Assembly: GCA_037388505.1 (NCBI GenBank)
Contig: JARRKC010000006.1
Coordinates: 4,046 to 68,045, forward strand
From: Acidobacteriota bacterium
GTDB taxonomy: Bacteria; Acidobacteriota; UBA6911; RPQK01; JAPXNP01
Length of the DNA: 64,000 bases
Reading direction: 5' to 3'
Under the pieces are notes generated by a model, which worked only from the letters and a program-made list of their open reading frames with translations, was not told where the DNA came from and ran no database searches. Both the position numbers and the translations under genes were made by a program. This document shows, one piece after another, positions 1 to 9,309 of this stretch. Every line of letters starts with the position of its first letter. The stretch's first letter is position 1.

Positions 1-875
1 TCATATTCCATAAGGAAACAGAGGGTCCAGCCCACGGCGGCGTCGACGTGGATCTGGGGCATGGGCATGTCATATTTGGCCGCCTTCTCCTCTGTCGTCT
101 TACGGACGCCCTCGACATCGTCGACGCCGAATGCATCGGTCGTACCGAAAGTGGAAATGATGAAAGCGACCTTGACGCCGGAAGCGTAGAGCTCATCCAG
201 CTTTGCGGCCAGGAGATCCAGACGGATGGCACAATTCTCGTCGGTCGGGATCGCGTGCAGGTTGTCGGTTCCCATCCCCAGCCAGCTCGCCAGCGTCGTG
301 TTCGAGTAGTGAGCGGCCCTGGAAACGATCCCGGCCAGTTTCTCTCCACCGAGCCCGGCCCGCAGGGCCGCAGGATAAACCTTCTCGATGCCGATCTTGC
401 CGGCGTACAAGTTGGAAATGGTCCCTCCTGCTGTAAAGACTCCCCAGGGAGATTCGATGTGGTAGAAGAGCAGGTTGGCCAGCGAGGTGATCGCCTTGAC
501 CTCCAGCTCGTTGGAGCGTTGACTGTAGGTGTCGACGCACAGATTCGGGTTCTTCAGCAGGCAAGCCAGCACACCGACGAGGGAGGCGAAGTTGGCCGGC
601 CCTTTCACATTTTCGAGGTGAAGCTTGGAGTACCAGCCGTCCGTTCCCCAAAAGAAGGGGAAAATGGCGTCTCGAGCATCCTTTAGATTTCCTGGCAGGG
701 TATTGATCTCGGGGTTGGCCTGAGCCGTCTCGTAGTTCTGAGACATGGTCTTGGCCGGCGGAACGGTTTCCTCGGCTTCCATGGCGCTGAGAAGCTCCTC
801 GAAGATTCGCAGGAGCTCGGCCTTGTCGCAGGAGAAGAAGATCTCGTTCAGTCGCTTCAGGTCCGGTTTCTGCAT
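1..875 (-). CDS. PLP-dependent group II decarboxylase (GAD/DDC family), runs off the window's left edge
   Basis: Not in the ORF track. Manual translation from ATG at 875 (MQKPDLKRLNEIFF...) is open to position 1 and contains GVFTAGGTISN, AHYS, TFGTTDAFGVD and IHVDAA, typical of pyridoxal-dependent decarboxylases. Confidence 0.88.
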   Translation of the reverse strand, partial: MQKPDLKRLNEIFFSCDKAELLRIFEELLSAMEAEETVPPAKTMSQNYETAQANPEINTLPGNLKDARDAIFPFFWGTDGWYSKLHLENVKGPANFASLVGVLACLLKNPNLCVDTYSQRSNELEVKAITSLANLLFYHIESPWGVFTAGGTISNLYAGKIGIEKVYPAALRAGLGGEKLAGIVSRAAHYSNTTLASWLGMGTDNLHAIPTDENCAIRLDLLAAKLDELYASGVKVAFIISTFGTTDAFGVDDVEGVRKTTEEKAAKYDMPMPQIHVDAAVGWTLCFLMEY

Positions 876-1046
876 AAGCTTCGCAGATGCCCCCCCTTCT
901 ATTGAACCGATCGACTGGAATCCAGAGTATCAGACTCGCTGAAGCACCGAAAGGCTCGGCCAGTTGGCGCAGTCTCGAGAGGAGGCCGTCAATTCAGACT
1001 GAACAAGTGGCCATCGAGCCGCGTAAGTATTGAGGACGGACTGGAG

Positions 1047-1268
1047 ATGGGGGAAGAGACGAAGATGACTCTGAGTGTGGGGCAGAAACTTGGGTTCGGC
1101 AGTGTGTTGGCCGTTCTAGGAGGGGTGGGGATGGTGCTGGCACCACTGCTCGGCTGGACCGACTTCGGAAAGCCCTGGGATTTCATGTTGGGTTTCGTGA
1201 TAGGGGTGTGCGCGGGACTCGGTGTCGGACTGGCCATCCTCGGCTTGATCGAGCGCAGGTCAGTCTGA
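1047..1268 (+). CDS. small two-TM hypothetical membrane protein
   Basis: Two Gly-rich hydrophobic segments. GGAG/GAAG purine tracts precede the possible ATGs at 1047 and 1065. Confidence 0.65.
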   Translation: MGEETKMTLSVGQKLGFGSVLAVLGGVGMVLAPLLGWTDFGKPWDFMLGFVIGVCAGLGVGLAILGLIERRSV

Positions 1269-1317
1269 GGCCGTCGCACTTGCGATCCCACCTTGGATAC
1301 CCCGAGTCGAGATCGAG

Positions 1318-2547
1318 TCAGTTCCTGAGGACGCGGTCCGACCAGCGGAGTGCTTCCCGATAGAGCGTCGGAAGCGCTGATTCGCGGAGGTTGGCCCTGC
1401 GACACAGGGGAGCCAGACGAAGCCAGTCACCTCGCTCATACGCCGTGGTCAACTCGAGCAGATTGTGCAGCGAGTTGCCCTCGCCACAGAGCGCGGCCTT
1501 CAACTCCGAGGAAATGGGAAGCGGCTCGACTGCCAACTCCATGGAAACGTCCAGCATGGCGTCGAGCGTGGAAAGGGCGCCCAGAAGGAAATGATCGAGT
1601 TCAGAGTGGTCTTCCTCGGCCTCACCCCCGGCCAGCTCACAGAATCTGCCGCGGCAGCTGGATGTCACGGCCAGCTCATAAGGTTTGTCCCGCGCCATCT
1701 CAGCCAGTGCGACCAGTGAAACCCATCTTCGAATGTTGCTCTCCCCCAGTAGCACCAATGCGTGTTTGACCGACTGTACACGCCCAGCCCAGGGATAGGC
1801 AGCCGCATTGATGTACTTCAGGAGCTTCGTCGTCAAGGCCACATCGCTCTTGACGATTTCTTCCATGCGCCGGTAGTCGATCGACGGGTCCTGGAAGGTC
1901 TTCATCAGCTTGAGATGAGCGAGCTTGGATTCCGAGATTCGGGTGCTCCGCAGGACCTCAGGCATGCTGAAGAAGTAGCCCTGAAAGAGATCGAAACCGC
2001 GCAGCCTGGCGTCGGTGAGCTGATCGTGAGTCTCGACCTTCTCCGCGAGAAGCGTGGTGGACCGCCCGGCCGCCAATCGGACCGACCGCAGGATGTCGGC
2101 GATTCTCTGCCGATCCAAACCCAACAGGTCGACCTTGACGATATCCATCAGCGGAATCAGGGGGGCAAAGGCGTTACTCCCAGTGAAGTCGTCGAGTGCA
2201 AAGCGGTAGCCCAGCTTCTTGAGTGAACGGACGCTTTCGAGCACTTCGCCATCCGGCACGACGTCCTCGAGAATCTCGATCACGACCTGCCCGGGAGGCA
2301 TCATAGAGGGTGTACCGTCCAGCAGCAGATCGCGACTGAAGTTGATGTACGCAGGCATACCCGCCGTCAGTTCCTGGATCCCGATATCCAGATAGCTTGC
2401 CGATAGTACATGTCCGGTCGCACTTCGGCCGTCGGTAACTCGGGCAACGTTCTCCTGGCTCCTGCGAAAGAGCAACTCATATCCCTGCACACGGCGTGAC
2501 CGGTCAAAGATCGGCTGGCGGGCGACGAAGATGGTGGTGTCTTCCAT
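1318..2547 (-). CDS. EAL + HDOD domain protein (YuxH/PdeH-like c-di-GMP signalling protein)
   Basis: ARQPIFD, YELLFR, IEILE, ALDDF, AEKVET and QGYFF motifs, followed by an HDOD-like helical region (DVALTTKLLKYIN...FLLGALSTLD). Confidence 0.92.
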   Translation of the reverse strand: MEDTTIFVARQPIFDRSRRVQGYELLFRRSQENVARVTDGRSATGHVLSASYLDIGIQELTAGMPAYINFSRDLLLDGTPSMMPPGQVVIEILEDVVPDGEVLESVRSLKKLGYRFALDDFTGSNAFAPLIPLMDIVKVDLLGLDRQRIADILRSVRLAAGRSTTLLAEKVETHDQLTDARLRGFDLFQGYFFSMPEVLRSTRISESKLAHLKLMKTFQDPSIDYRRMEEIVKSDVALTTKLLKYINAAAYPWAGRVQSVKHALVLLGESNIRRWVSLVALAEMARDKPYELAVTSSCRGRFCELAGGEAEEDHSELDHFLLGALSTLDAMLDVSMELAVEPLPISSELKAALCGEGNSLHNLLELTTAYERGDWLRLAPLCRRANLRESALPTLYREALRWSDRVLRN

Positions 2548-2836
2548 ATAGCTACGCTTTCAATAGGAGAAATTCTACTCCTAAATGCATAGTCTAAGAT
2601 CGTGTATGGTTCAATTTTCATCAGTACTTCCTTTTGCAGAGGAAGAATTCTGTTGCAGCTGCGACAGAAATCGGTACGAGCAACCCCTCCGTGGACTTTC
2701 TGCGGAGTGCTGCGTGAGATTCTCACACTACGAGACCGGGGCTCCTGTGTCCCGGTGCCTACTTCCGATTCAAGCATGCTCCTTTTCCACTCCCGGAAAT
2801 CGAGAGTTTGGAGTATGTTGCCCATGAGACGAAGCC

Positions 2837-3313
2837 ATGCAAGCCAAATACAAACATACGAACCTCGTGGCACGGGATTGGAGGAAGCTTTCCTCCTTTT
2901 ACGAGCAGGTCTTTGGATGCAGGAGGTGGGGTCCTGAGCGGTCCCTCGAGGGGCCTGAACTCTCGCTTGGAACGGGTGTGCCGGGTGCGGCTCTTGCGGG
3001 TGCACATCTGCTTCTTCCGGGGTGCGCGAGCGACGGTCCGACGCTGGAGATCTTTCAGTTTTCCGTCAGTGAGCCCCACCTTCCCCCGAAGGCGAACCGT
3101 GAGGGGTTCGGTCACATTGCCTTCGAAGTTGAGTCGATGGAAGAATCGGTAAAGAGCGTGTTGGGTCACGGAGGAGCATTGGTCGGCGAGGTCTCTTCGG
3201 TGAGAGTGAAAGGCGCCGGGACCGTGCATTTCGTGTATCTGGCGGACCCGGAGGGAAATATCATCGAACTTCAGTCCTGGGAAGGTGCCGGCAACAGGAG
3301 GGATGCGAAATGA
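2837..3313 (+). CDS. VOC/glyoxalase family protein
   Basis: HTNLVARD...FYEQVFG, LEIFQF, GHIAFEV and YLADPEGNIIELQ. Confidence 0.9.
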   Translation: MQAKYKHTNLVARDWRKLSSFYEQVFGCRRWGPERSLEGPELSLGTGVPGAALAGAHLLLPGCASDGPTLEIFQFSVSEPHLPPKANREGFGHIAFEVESMEESVKSVLGHGGALVGEVSSVRVKGAGTVHFVYLADPEGNIIELQSWEGAGNRRDAK

Positions 3314-3882
3314 TGGATCGTAAGGAGTTCGTCCAGAAGTCGTTGAAGCTCGGTTTGTGCTCGGGGGCGCTGGTTGCATTGGGGGGAGCCGCCGAATCGG
3401 CTTCGGAGACGATGCAGGAGCCTGCAGGTGATCTGGCGCGAGTAACACAGGAGAAGGAGTTCATTCAGAACTGGTTGACGGATCTTCTGGACACCATCGA
3501 GGCGGAATTGGACCGAAAGACCGCGGAGCAGCTGATCGCAGGATGCGGGCGAGGCTGCTATCGGCGCCACGAGTTCAAGCAGAACATCGCAAGAGATGGA
3601 AAGGGAGACATCAACAAACTGATCGAGGCCTATAAGCGGAACTTCGAAATCTGGCGTGACGGGGATGAAGTGCACATCCGCTACGGTCAGGTGTCGAACC
3701 GCTGTTACTGTCCTGCGGCGAACTATCGGCCCCCCAAGCCGAACGACCTCCACTGCGAGTGCACTCGAGCGACGCATCAGACGATCTTCGAAACCGCTCT
3801 GGGTCGACCCATTCGGGTCGAGGTGCTCGAGTCCCTTCGCCGGGGGGGCAAGACCTGTCATTTTCTGGTCCATCTGACCTGA
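3310..3882 (+). CDS. Cys-rich hypothetical protein (DUF6144/V4R-like) with Tat-like N-terminus
   Basis: ATGA overlap with the VOC gene. DRKEFV + hydrophobic stretch; CGRGC, CYCP, HCECT and ESLRRGGKTCHF. Confidence 0.75.
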   Translation: MMDRKEFVQKSLKLGLCSGALVALGGAAESASETMQEPAGDLARVTQEKEFIQNWLTDLLDTIEAELDRKTAEQLIAGCGRGCYRRHEFKQNIARDGKGDINKLIEAYKRNFEIWRDGDEVHIRYGQVSNRCYCPAANYRPPKPNDLHCECTRATHQTIFETALGRPIRVEVLESLRRGGKTCHFLVHLT

Positions 3883-3983
3883 GACAGGGTGAATCGACGA
3901 GGCTGTGTTGCTGGATTTGACCCGTTGGAGTCTCGAAGGGTAATCTCTTCTTCAAGTCCAAAACAGCCTCTCGGAGATTCGCC

Positions 3984-4457
3984 ATGAAACGAATTGTGTG
4001 CCTGGTGGCAGTCCTGTCTTTCGGTCTCGTGTATTCAACCCTGACCGCCCAGGGCGAGCAAGACGACGAGCGACAGATTCGTGAGCTGACCTCGGAATTC
4101 TGCGCTGCGATCGTCAAGGGCGATCTGTCCATCCTGGACCGCGTCTTCGATCCAGGTGCCTCCAACGTCTACTACGACATCAATGAAGGACCACTCATCG
4201 GGCTCCCTCGCCTGAAGAGAGTCTGGGGCGCGGCAACTCGAAGCGGCCGCCTCACCAGCTTCGAATTCGGGGACGATTTGCGCGTTGACGTCGACGCTGA
4301 CCAGGCATTGGAGACGGGAACCTGGACTCAGACTCAAATGCAGCCGGACGGGACGGCCCGTCATATACGCGGTCGCGCCACCATCCTTTGGCATAGAACG
4401 GATGACGGGTGGAGAGTCTACCATTATCACGCCTCCGTCACTCCTCGCCGAAACTGA
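3984..4457 (+). CDS. secreted NTF2/SnoaL-like (DUF4440-type) protein
   Basis: Signal peptide; C-terminal GRATILWHRTDDGWRVYHYHAS pattern. Confidence 0.85.
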   Translation: MKRIVCLVAVLSFGLVYSTLTAQGEQDDERQIRELTSEFCAAIVKGDLSILDRVFDPGASNVYYDINEGPLIGLPRLKRVWGAATRSGRLTSFEFGDDLRVDVDADQALETGTWTQTQMQPDGTARHIRGRATILWHRTDDGWRVYHYHASVTPRRN

Positions 4458-4628
4458 CGACCCGACCGAGCAATCTCGGAAGTGGGGCATATCGCGCGGG
4501 CCCGGTCGGTCCGCGAGCCCTTCCGCGCACGCGTGAAGGCGCCCCGGACTGTATTCTTTCGCCTCAAAGCGGTAACATCGTCTCGGAATGAATGTTGCTT
4601 GTTACCTCTGCATCTTGAGGAGGATGCC

Positions 4629-5582
4629 ATGAGATTCTCGCGCGTCGCCACGATCGTATCCTTTGTTCTGGCTTTGTCTTTGCCCGGAGTGATCCGAGCG
4701 CAGCAAAGCCCAACCTATGCGGATGAATATGCGCTGTATCAGCAGGCGAGTCAGGCGACTGACGTGGCCAAGCGCAACCAGCTCGTGCTCAAGTTCGTTT
4801 CGACCTATTCGAAGTCTGAACTGGACCCGAATATCTCCTACCTGTACGCGACCTACCTCACGGGTCTGCGAGATCAGGGCAAGTGGGATCAGGTCGTATC
4901 GGAAGCCGAGAAGTTCCTGCAGTATCGGCCGGGGGATTCCCGCGTTGCGGCTCTGGCCGTCGAGGCTTACAGCAAGCTTGGCCAGACACAGAAGCTGATC
5001 AAGTTCGGGACCAGTCTCTACAGCAAAGCCCCCAGCGGAGCGACCGCTTATCTTGTGGCGAAGGCTTATCAGTCGATCAACGACACAGTCAACTTCAAGA
5101 AGTGGGCCGAGCGGACGCTGCAGCACTCCCCGGATGCCGTGGACATGGCGGTCGCGTTGATGACGATCACCTGGCGGGAGGGCGACCTCAATAAGACTGC
5201 GGAATACGGAGAGAAGGTTCTGGCGGCCCTCAAAGGCAAGAATGATCCCCAGACTGCCGGGTTGAAGGCCTACGCGTATCGGGCCCTGGGTCAGAAGGCG
5301 TTCCTCGCCAATGACACGACTGAAGCTCAGAAGAATTTCGCTCAGGCCGCAGAGCTCGATCCGATGAACGATTTCGCGCATATGCAGCTTGGATACTGCT
5401 ACTGGCGGCAGGGGAAGACCATCGACGCGATCAACGCCTTTGCCAAAGCGGTTGCCATCAACGGTTCGAGTGCCCGTGATGCTCGCAAGGAGCTCTACAA
5501 CCTCCTGAAGGCCCAGTACGGGGATACATCGAACGCCGCCAAGTTCATCGATGCGGCGAAGAAGGAACTGGGGATTTCCTAG
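4629..5582 (+). CDS. secreted tetratricopeptide repeat protein
   Basis: GAGGAGG RBS before ATG 4629. Signal peptide (VIRA/QQ) and TPR-like helices (AHMQLGYCYWRQGKTIDAINAFAKAVAIN). Confidence 0.85.
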   Translation: MRFSRVATIVSFVLALSLPGVIRAQQSPTYADEYALYQQASQATDVAKRNQLVLKFVSTYSKSELDPNISYLYATYLTGLRDQGKWDQVVSEAEKFLQYRPGDSRVAALAVEAYSKLGQTQKLIKFGTSLYSKAPSGATAYLVAKAYQSINDTVNFKKWAERTLQHSPDAVDMAVALMTITWREGDLNKTAEYGEKVLAALKGKNDPQTAGLKAYAYRALGQKAFLANDTTEAQKNFAQAAELDPMNDFAHMQLGYCYWRQGKTIDAINAFAKAVAINGSSARDARKELYNLLKAQYGDTSNAAKFIDAAKKELGIS

Positions 5583-5863
5583 GCGTTCGCACTTGGCCCT
5601 TTACGGGCATGCCGGCGAAACAGCATCGGCGGAGACTCACGCCACGAGATCAGGACGCGAAACCCGGGTGTGCGCTCCTCCCAGGTGATAGGTTGTTGCC
5701 GCCGAAGCAGACACGACGGGAGTGAGACGCCAAGGGCGTCGTTTCATCCGAGAGCTTTGGGCAGCCGCCCAAAGCAAGGCACCGCCCGAAAGACGCCCCG
5801 GGTTTCAGCAACACGCCCTCGCCGTTCGGTTTCCTCGCTCGAGTTGGAGGAAGTCGAAGGGAA

Positions 5864-5898
5864 GGTGCGACTTGCGAGGTACGAAGTGCGAACTACGG
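5864..5898. repeat. degenerate 7-nt tandem repeat
   Basis: GGTGCGA CTTGCGA GGTACGA AGTGCGA ACTACGG, intergenic. Confidence 0.5.
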
Positions 5899-5989
5899 GT
5901 CGAGCTCAACCGCGGCCTCGCGGGCGTTACCAGACTGCCCTGTGGCCTTTCATGAACAGACCCTTTCGTGGAAGAATCTCATCTCTCCG

Positions 5990-6913
5990 ATGAGTGAACC
6001 GGCTGTCTCTGCAGGGAAGCTGACTAAGTGCTTCGGCTCGTTCACAGCCGTCGATGCCATTGACTTCGCGATTCGGGCCGGCGAGTGTTTTGGATTTCTC
6101 GGTCCCAACGGAGCGGGCAAAACGAGCACCATGCGGATGATCTACGGCTTCTCGCCGGTCACCGACGGGGAGCTCAACGTCCTCGGATACGACGTGAAGA
6201 CCGAGATACGGTCGATCAAGTGCCGGCTGGGCGTCATACCGCAGGAGGACAATCTCGATCCCGATCTGAAGGTCCTACAAAACCTGATCGTCTACGCTCG
6301 CTACTTCGACATCAAGAAAGCGGCGGCCGTCGCGCGGGCTCATGAGGTGCTCGAGTTCGTTCAGCTCTGGGAGAGAAGGGAAGAGCACATCCGGTTCCTC
6401 TCGGGCGGCATGAAGCGCAGGTTGACGATCGGCCGCGCCTTGATGAATGAACCCGAGATTTTGATTGCCGATGAGCCGACTACCGGTCTGGACCCTCAGG
6501 CTCGCCATCTGGTCTGGCAGAAACTGCGGCAGCTTCAGTCCGAGGGCGTGACCCTGGTGCTGACCACCCATAACATGGACGAAGCGGCTCACCTGTGCGA
6601 CCGCGTGGCAATCATGGATCAAGGAAAGATCCTCGATATCGGAACGCCGTCGGAGTTGATCGACAAGTATGTCCTGCCCGAGGTGGTGGAAGTCCGTGTC
6701 GCCGTCGGGCGAATGGAGCCCCTCATAATGAAGCTCCAGCAGCTCTCACTCGAATTCGACGCTGTCGGCGACGTGGCCTACATCTACGCGCGTCAGGGCG
6801 GCGAATGGGAGACAGCGCTCTCCAGTGAACCGGGGGTCGACCGTCTCGTTCGTCGCCGGGCCAGCCTCGAAGACGTCTTTCTGAAGCTGACGGGTAGGGT
6901 CTTGAGGGACTAG
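5990..6913 (+). CDS. ABC-2 type exporter ATP-binding subunit (NodI-like)
   Basis: Walker A GPNGAGKT, LSGGMKRR signature, DEPTTGLDP and LTTH. Confidence 0.93.
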   Translation: MSEPAVSAGKLTKCFGSFTAVDAIDFAIRAGECFGFLGPNGAGKTSTMRMIYGFSPVTDGELNVLGYDVKTEIRSIKCRLGVIPQEDNLDPDLKVLQNLIVYARYFDIKKAAAVARAHEVLEFVQLWERREEHIRFLSGGMKRRLTIGRALMNEPEILIADEPTTGLDPQARHLVWQKLRQLQSEGVTLVLTTHNMDEAAHLCDRVAIMDQGKILDIGTPSELIDKYVLPEVVEVRVAVGRMEPLIMKLQQLSLEFDAVGDVAYIYARQGGEWETALSSEPGVDRLVRRRASLEDVFLKLTGRVLRD

Positions 6914-6917
6914 GCGA

Positions 6918-7703
6918 ATGAGTGTGTTGCGACTTCCGCTTCTGAAGGTCAGCTATCGGGCAGTGCGAGTATGGCAGCGCAACCTGAGCGTGTTGCTGCG
7001 TCTTTGGAAGACGGAAACCTGGCCCCCCTTCGTCGAACCGATTCTGTACGTGGTTGCATTGGGCCTGGGCCTGGGCGGCTATGTCAGCCGAATCGAGGGA
7101 TTGTCCTTCCTGCAGTTCCTTGCGCCGGCTTTCGTGGCGACCGCCGCGATGTTCGTGGCATCGTTCGAATGCCTCTTCGGCTCTTTCGTGCGCATGGAGT
7201 TTCAAAAGACTTTCGATGCCATCCTGGCCACGCCTGTGAACGTCGAGGAGGTGATTTCGGGGGAAATCCTCTGGGGCGGGAGTCGTGCCGTCTTCGCTTC
7301 CCTCGGTGTTCTGGTCATCCTGGCGTTCTTCGGACTGGTCCATTCCCCCTGGGCGCTCCTGACCCTTCCGGTCGCTTTCGCGGAAGGGTTGATGTTTGCC
7401 TCCCTTGCGATGATTTTTACGTCTGTGGCGCCCGCCATCGACAGCTTCAACTACTACATCACGCTTGGTTTGACGCCGATGTTTCTGTTCTCAGGCGTCT
7501 TCTTTCCGATCGACAGCCTTCCACGGGGGCTCCAGATCCTGGCCTGGTTCTCACCTCTGACTCATGCCGTGGCCATGCAGCGGGCGCTGGTGCTGGGGCA
7601 CTTGAACGGTCACCTGCTGTTCGATTTGCTCTGGATGCTGGTCGTCACGTTCATCGCGGCCAATATTGCCATTGACCTGATGGCCCGACGGATTATCAAG
7701 TAA
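6918..7703 (+). CDS. ABC-2 type exporter permease (NodJ-like)
   Basis: About 6 TM segments with FLAP, LATP, PMFLFSGVFFP and PLTHAV; 4 nt downstream of the ATPase gene. Confidence 0.92.
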   Translation: MSVLRLPLLKVSYRAVRVWQRNLSVLLRLWKTETWPPFVEPILYVVALGLGLGGYVSRIEGLSFLQFLAPAFVATAAMFVASFECLFGSFVRMEFQKTFDAILATPVNVEEVISGEILWGGSRAVFASLGVLVILAFFGLVHSPWALLTLPVAFAEGLMFASLAMIFTSVAPAIDSFNYYITLGLTPMFLFSGVFFPIDSLPRGLQILAWFSPLTHAVAMQRALVLGHLNGHLLFDLLWMLVVTFIAANIAIDLMARRIIK

Positions 7704-7821
7704 GGAAATGGAATGCGGAGGCCGGAGAAAAGGGAGGAGTGCGCGGGTTACGATCATGGCCCACTGAACTTTGGTACTGCGGCGTGAAGCACGTCCACTC
7801 GATCGCGTTTATAATTACGGG

Positions 7822-8052
7822 ATGCCGATATTCGAATACCGATGCCAGGATTGCGCCGCCGAATTCGAGAAGATCGTGTTTGGTCAGGAGAATCCCGCCG
7901 AGTGTCCACAGTGTGGCAGTGTGCACACGGAGAAGCTCTTGTCGAGCTTTGCCGCACATTCCAAGGGTGCCGGTCAGGCCGCACCCGAACCAGGTCCTTG
8001 CCCATGCGGCGCTGCAGAGCGCGGCATGTGTCAAATGATGTCTCGTCGGTGA
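7822..8052 (+). CDS. FmdB-family zinc ribbon protein
   Basis: MPIFEYRCQDC...FE...CPQCGS...KLLS. Confidence 0.88.
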   Translation: MPIFEYRCQDCAAEFEKIVFGQENPAECPQCGSVHTEKLLSSFAAHSKGAGQAAPEPGPCPCGAAERGMCQMMSRR

Positions 8053-8057
8053 CGAGG

Positions 8058-8080
8058 CCGGGGCTCGCAGAGGGCCCCGG
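8058..8080. terminator. GC-rich hairpin between convergent genes (possible terminator)
   Basis: CCGGGGCTC-GCAGA-GGGCCCCGG, a 9-bp stem with one G-U pair. No clear U tract. Confidence 0.3.
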
Positions 8081-8152
8081 GGCAGCGGTCTTCTGTCCCC
8101 GTTTGCCGTATCGCGCCCCGCTTTGAGACGACGGGTACGAATCAGCGTCCTG

Positions 8153-9094
8153 TCACTGCGCACCATCAGAGGAGAGATACTTCGAGATCTCGTTCCTCGA
8201 AATCTCGCCCGCCTTTTCGTCGTAAGGCAGTCCCTTTGTCGCGGCAACACGATCGATGAAACTCAGGCCAAGCGGGCCGACGTAGTTCTCTTCGGTGCTG
8301 TACGCAGGGTCCTTCAGAGCCTCCTCGACCGTCGTGAAGCTGTACCCGTCGTGTTCCAGCAAATCCAGGACGCCTTCAATGAAGTTGCCCGCCGCAAGGC
8401 CCAAGTGAAGTCGAAGAATTTGGGGGATCTGACGTCCGAACACCTCGTCGGATTGACTCTCCGAATAGCTGATGGCTTTCTGGAGACGGTCGAGGTAGAG
8501 CTTCTCGAGGCGGCTCGACCGATCGAGATCGGCGGTGTTGTCGAGGAAGAAGTCAAATTCATAGTCCGTGAACAAGACGGTTGCCGGAACCAGCACATAG
8601 CCGGCTCCACGGAGGCGTTGAGCAACCCCCTTCTTCTTCGACTCGGTGTTCCCCTCATGAAGCATGGGGAAACGAAAGTAGCGGACCAGCCAGCCGGAGA
8701 CATTGTGTGTGGCCCGCTTCGTGTACTTCTCGCCGTCCGCGACATGCGCAAGGAAGTCCGAAGCATCGAGTTCATTCAAATCGACATAGCCGAACGTTTC
8801 GTTGCCCAGCTTGTGACCCTGCTGCACCCAGTCGAGCAAGACGACGTAGGAACCAGGCTTCTGATCGAGCTTCTGCTCGACCACGAAACCCATCGCATGG
8901 ATCTTCCGGCCGGCCAGTGCGCGCAGGACCATGTTGCTCACCTCACGCGGTGTCCAGTAACCGAGAGGCTCCATGTAAGGAAGCTTGTCAAAGGTCAGGG
9001 CGATCTGTTTCGAGGCTGGAGCTGCAACTCCCACATTCCAGTAGAGCAGACTGAGAACACACAGGAACAGAGACCGGATGATTGTCTTCCTCAA
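8153..9094 (-). CDS. secreted polysaccharide deacetylase (CE4/NodB-like) family protein
   Basis: IALTFDKLP, GHKLGNET, YFRFPMLHEG, ILRLH and GYSFTTVEEAL. Start is uncertain (TTG 9094; the ORF extends to 9154). Confidence 0.82.
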   Translation of the reverse strand: MRKTIIRSLFLCVLSLLYWNVGVAAPASKQIALTFDKLPYMEPLGYWTPREVSNMVLRALAGRKIHAMGFVVEQKLDQKPGSYVVLLDWVQQGHKLGNETFGYVDLNELDASDFLAHVADGEKYTKRATHNVSGWLVRYFRFPMLHEGNTESKKKGVAQRLRGAGYVLVPATVLFTDYEFDFFLDNTADLDRSSRLEKLYLDRLQKAISYSESQSDEVFGRQIPQILRLHLGLAAGNFIEGVLDLLEHDGYSFTTVEEALKDPAYSTEENYVGPLGLSFIDRVAATKGLPYDEKAGEISRNEISKYLSSDGAQ

Positions 9095-9309
9095 ACGCTC
9101 AACACCACCTTCCCAACCGAGTCGACCGATCGCTCGGACATGACCAACATACACCAGTCCGGCGGGCTGGCGCCAAACCGGTGAGTGTGGTGTTTTTGGC
9201 TGGCATTCCCTATGATTGCTTGGTATATGATGAGTTTCGGCTCCAAAATCAGTAGCGCTGGTTCCTCAAGGACGGATTCGACGCTGAAAGACGGGGGAGC
9301 GAGATCAGC

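Noticed and set aside
2548-2836. c-di-GMP riboswitch upstream of the EAL gene
   Set aside because: The class I GCAAA/GNRA-receptor pattern was not found by eye on the coding strand.
5990-7703. Nodulation genes nodIJ
   Set aside because: The similarity is family-level only and no nodABC genes are present.
9195-9225. sigma54 promoter TGGCATTCCCTATGATTGC
   Set aside because: GG-to-GC spacing is 13 nt rather than 10.
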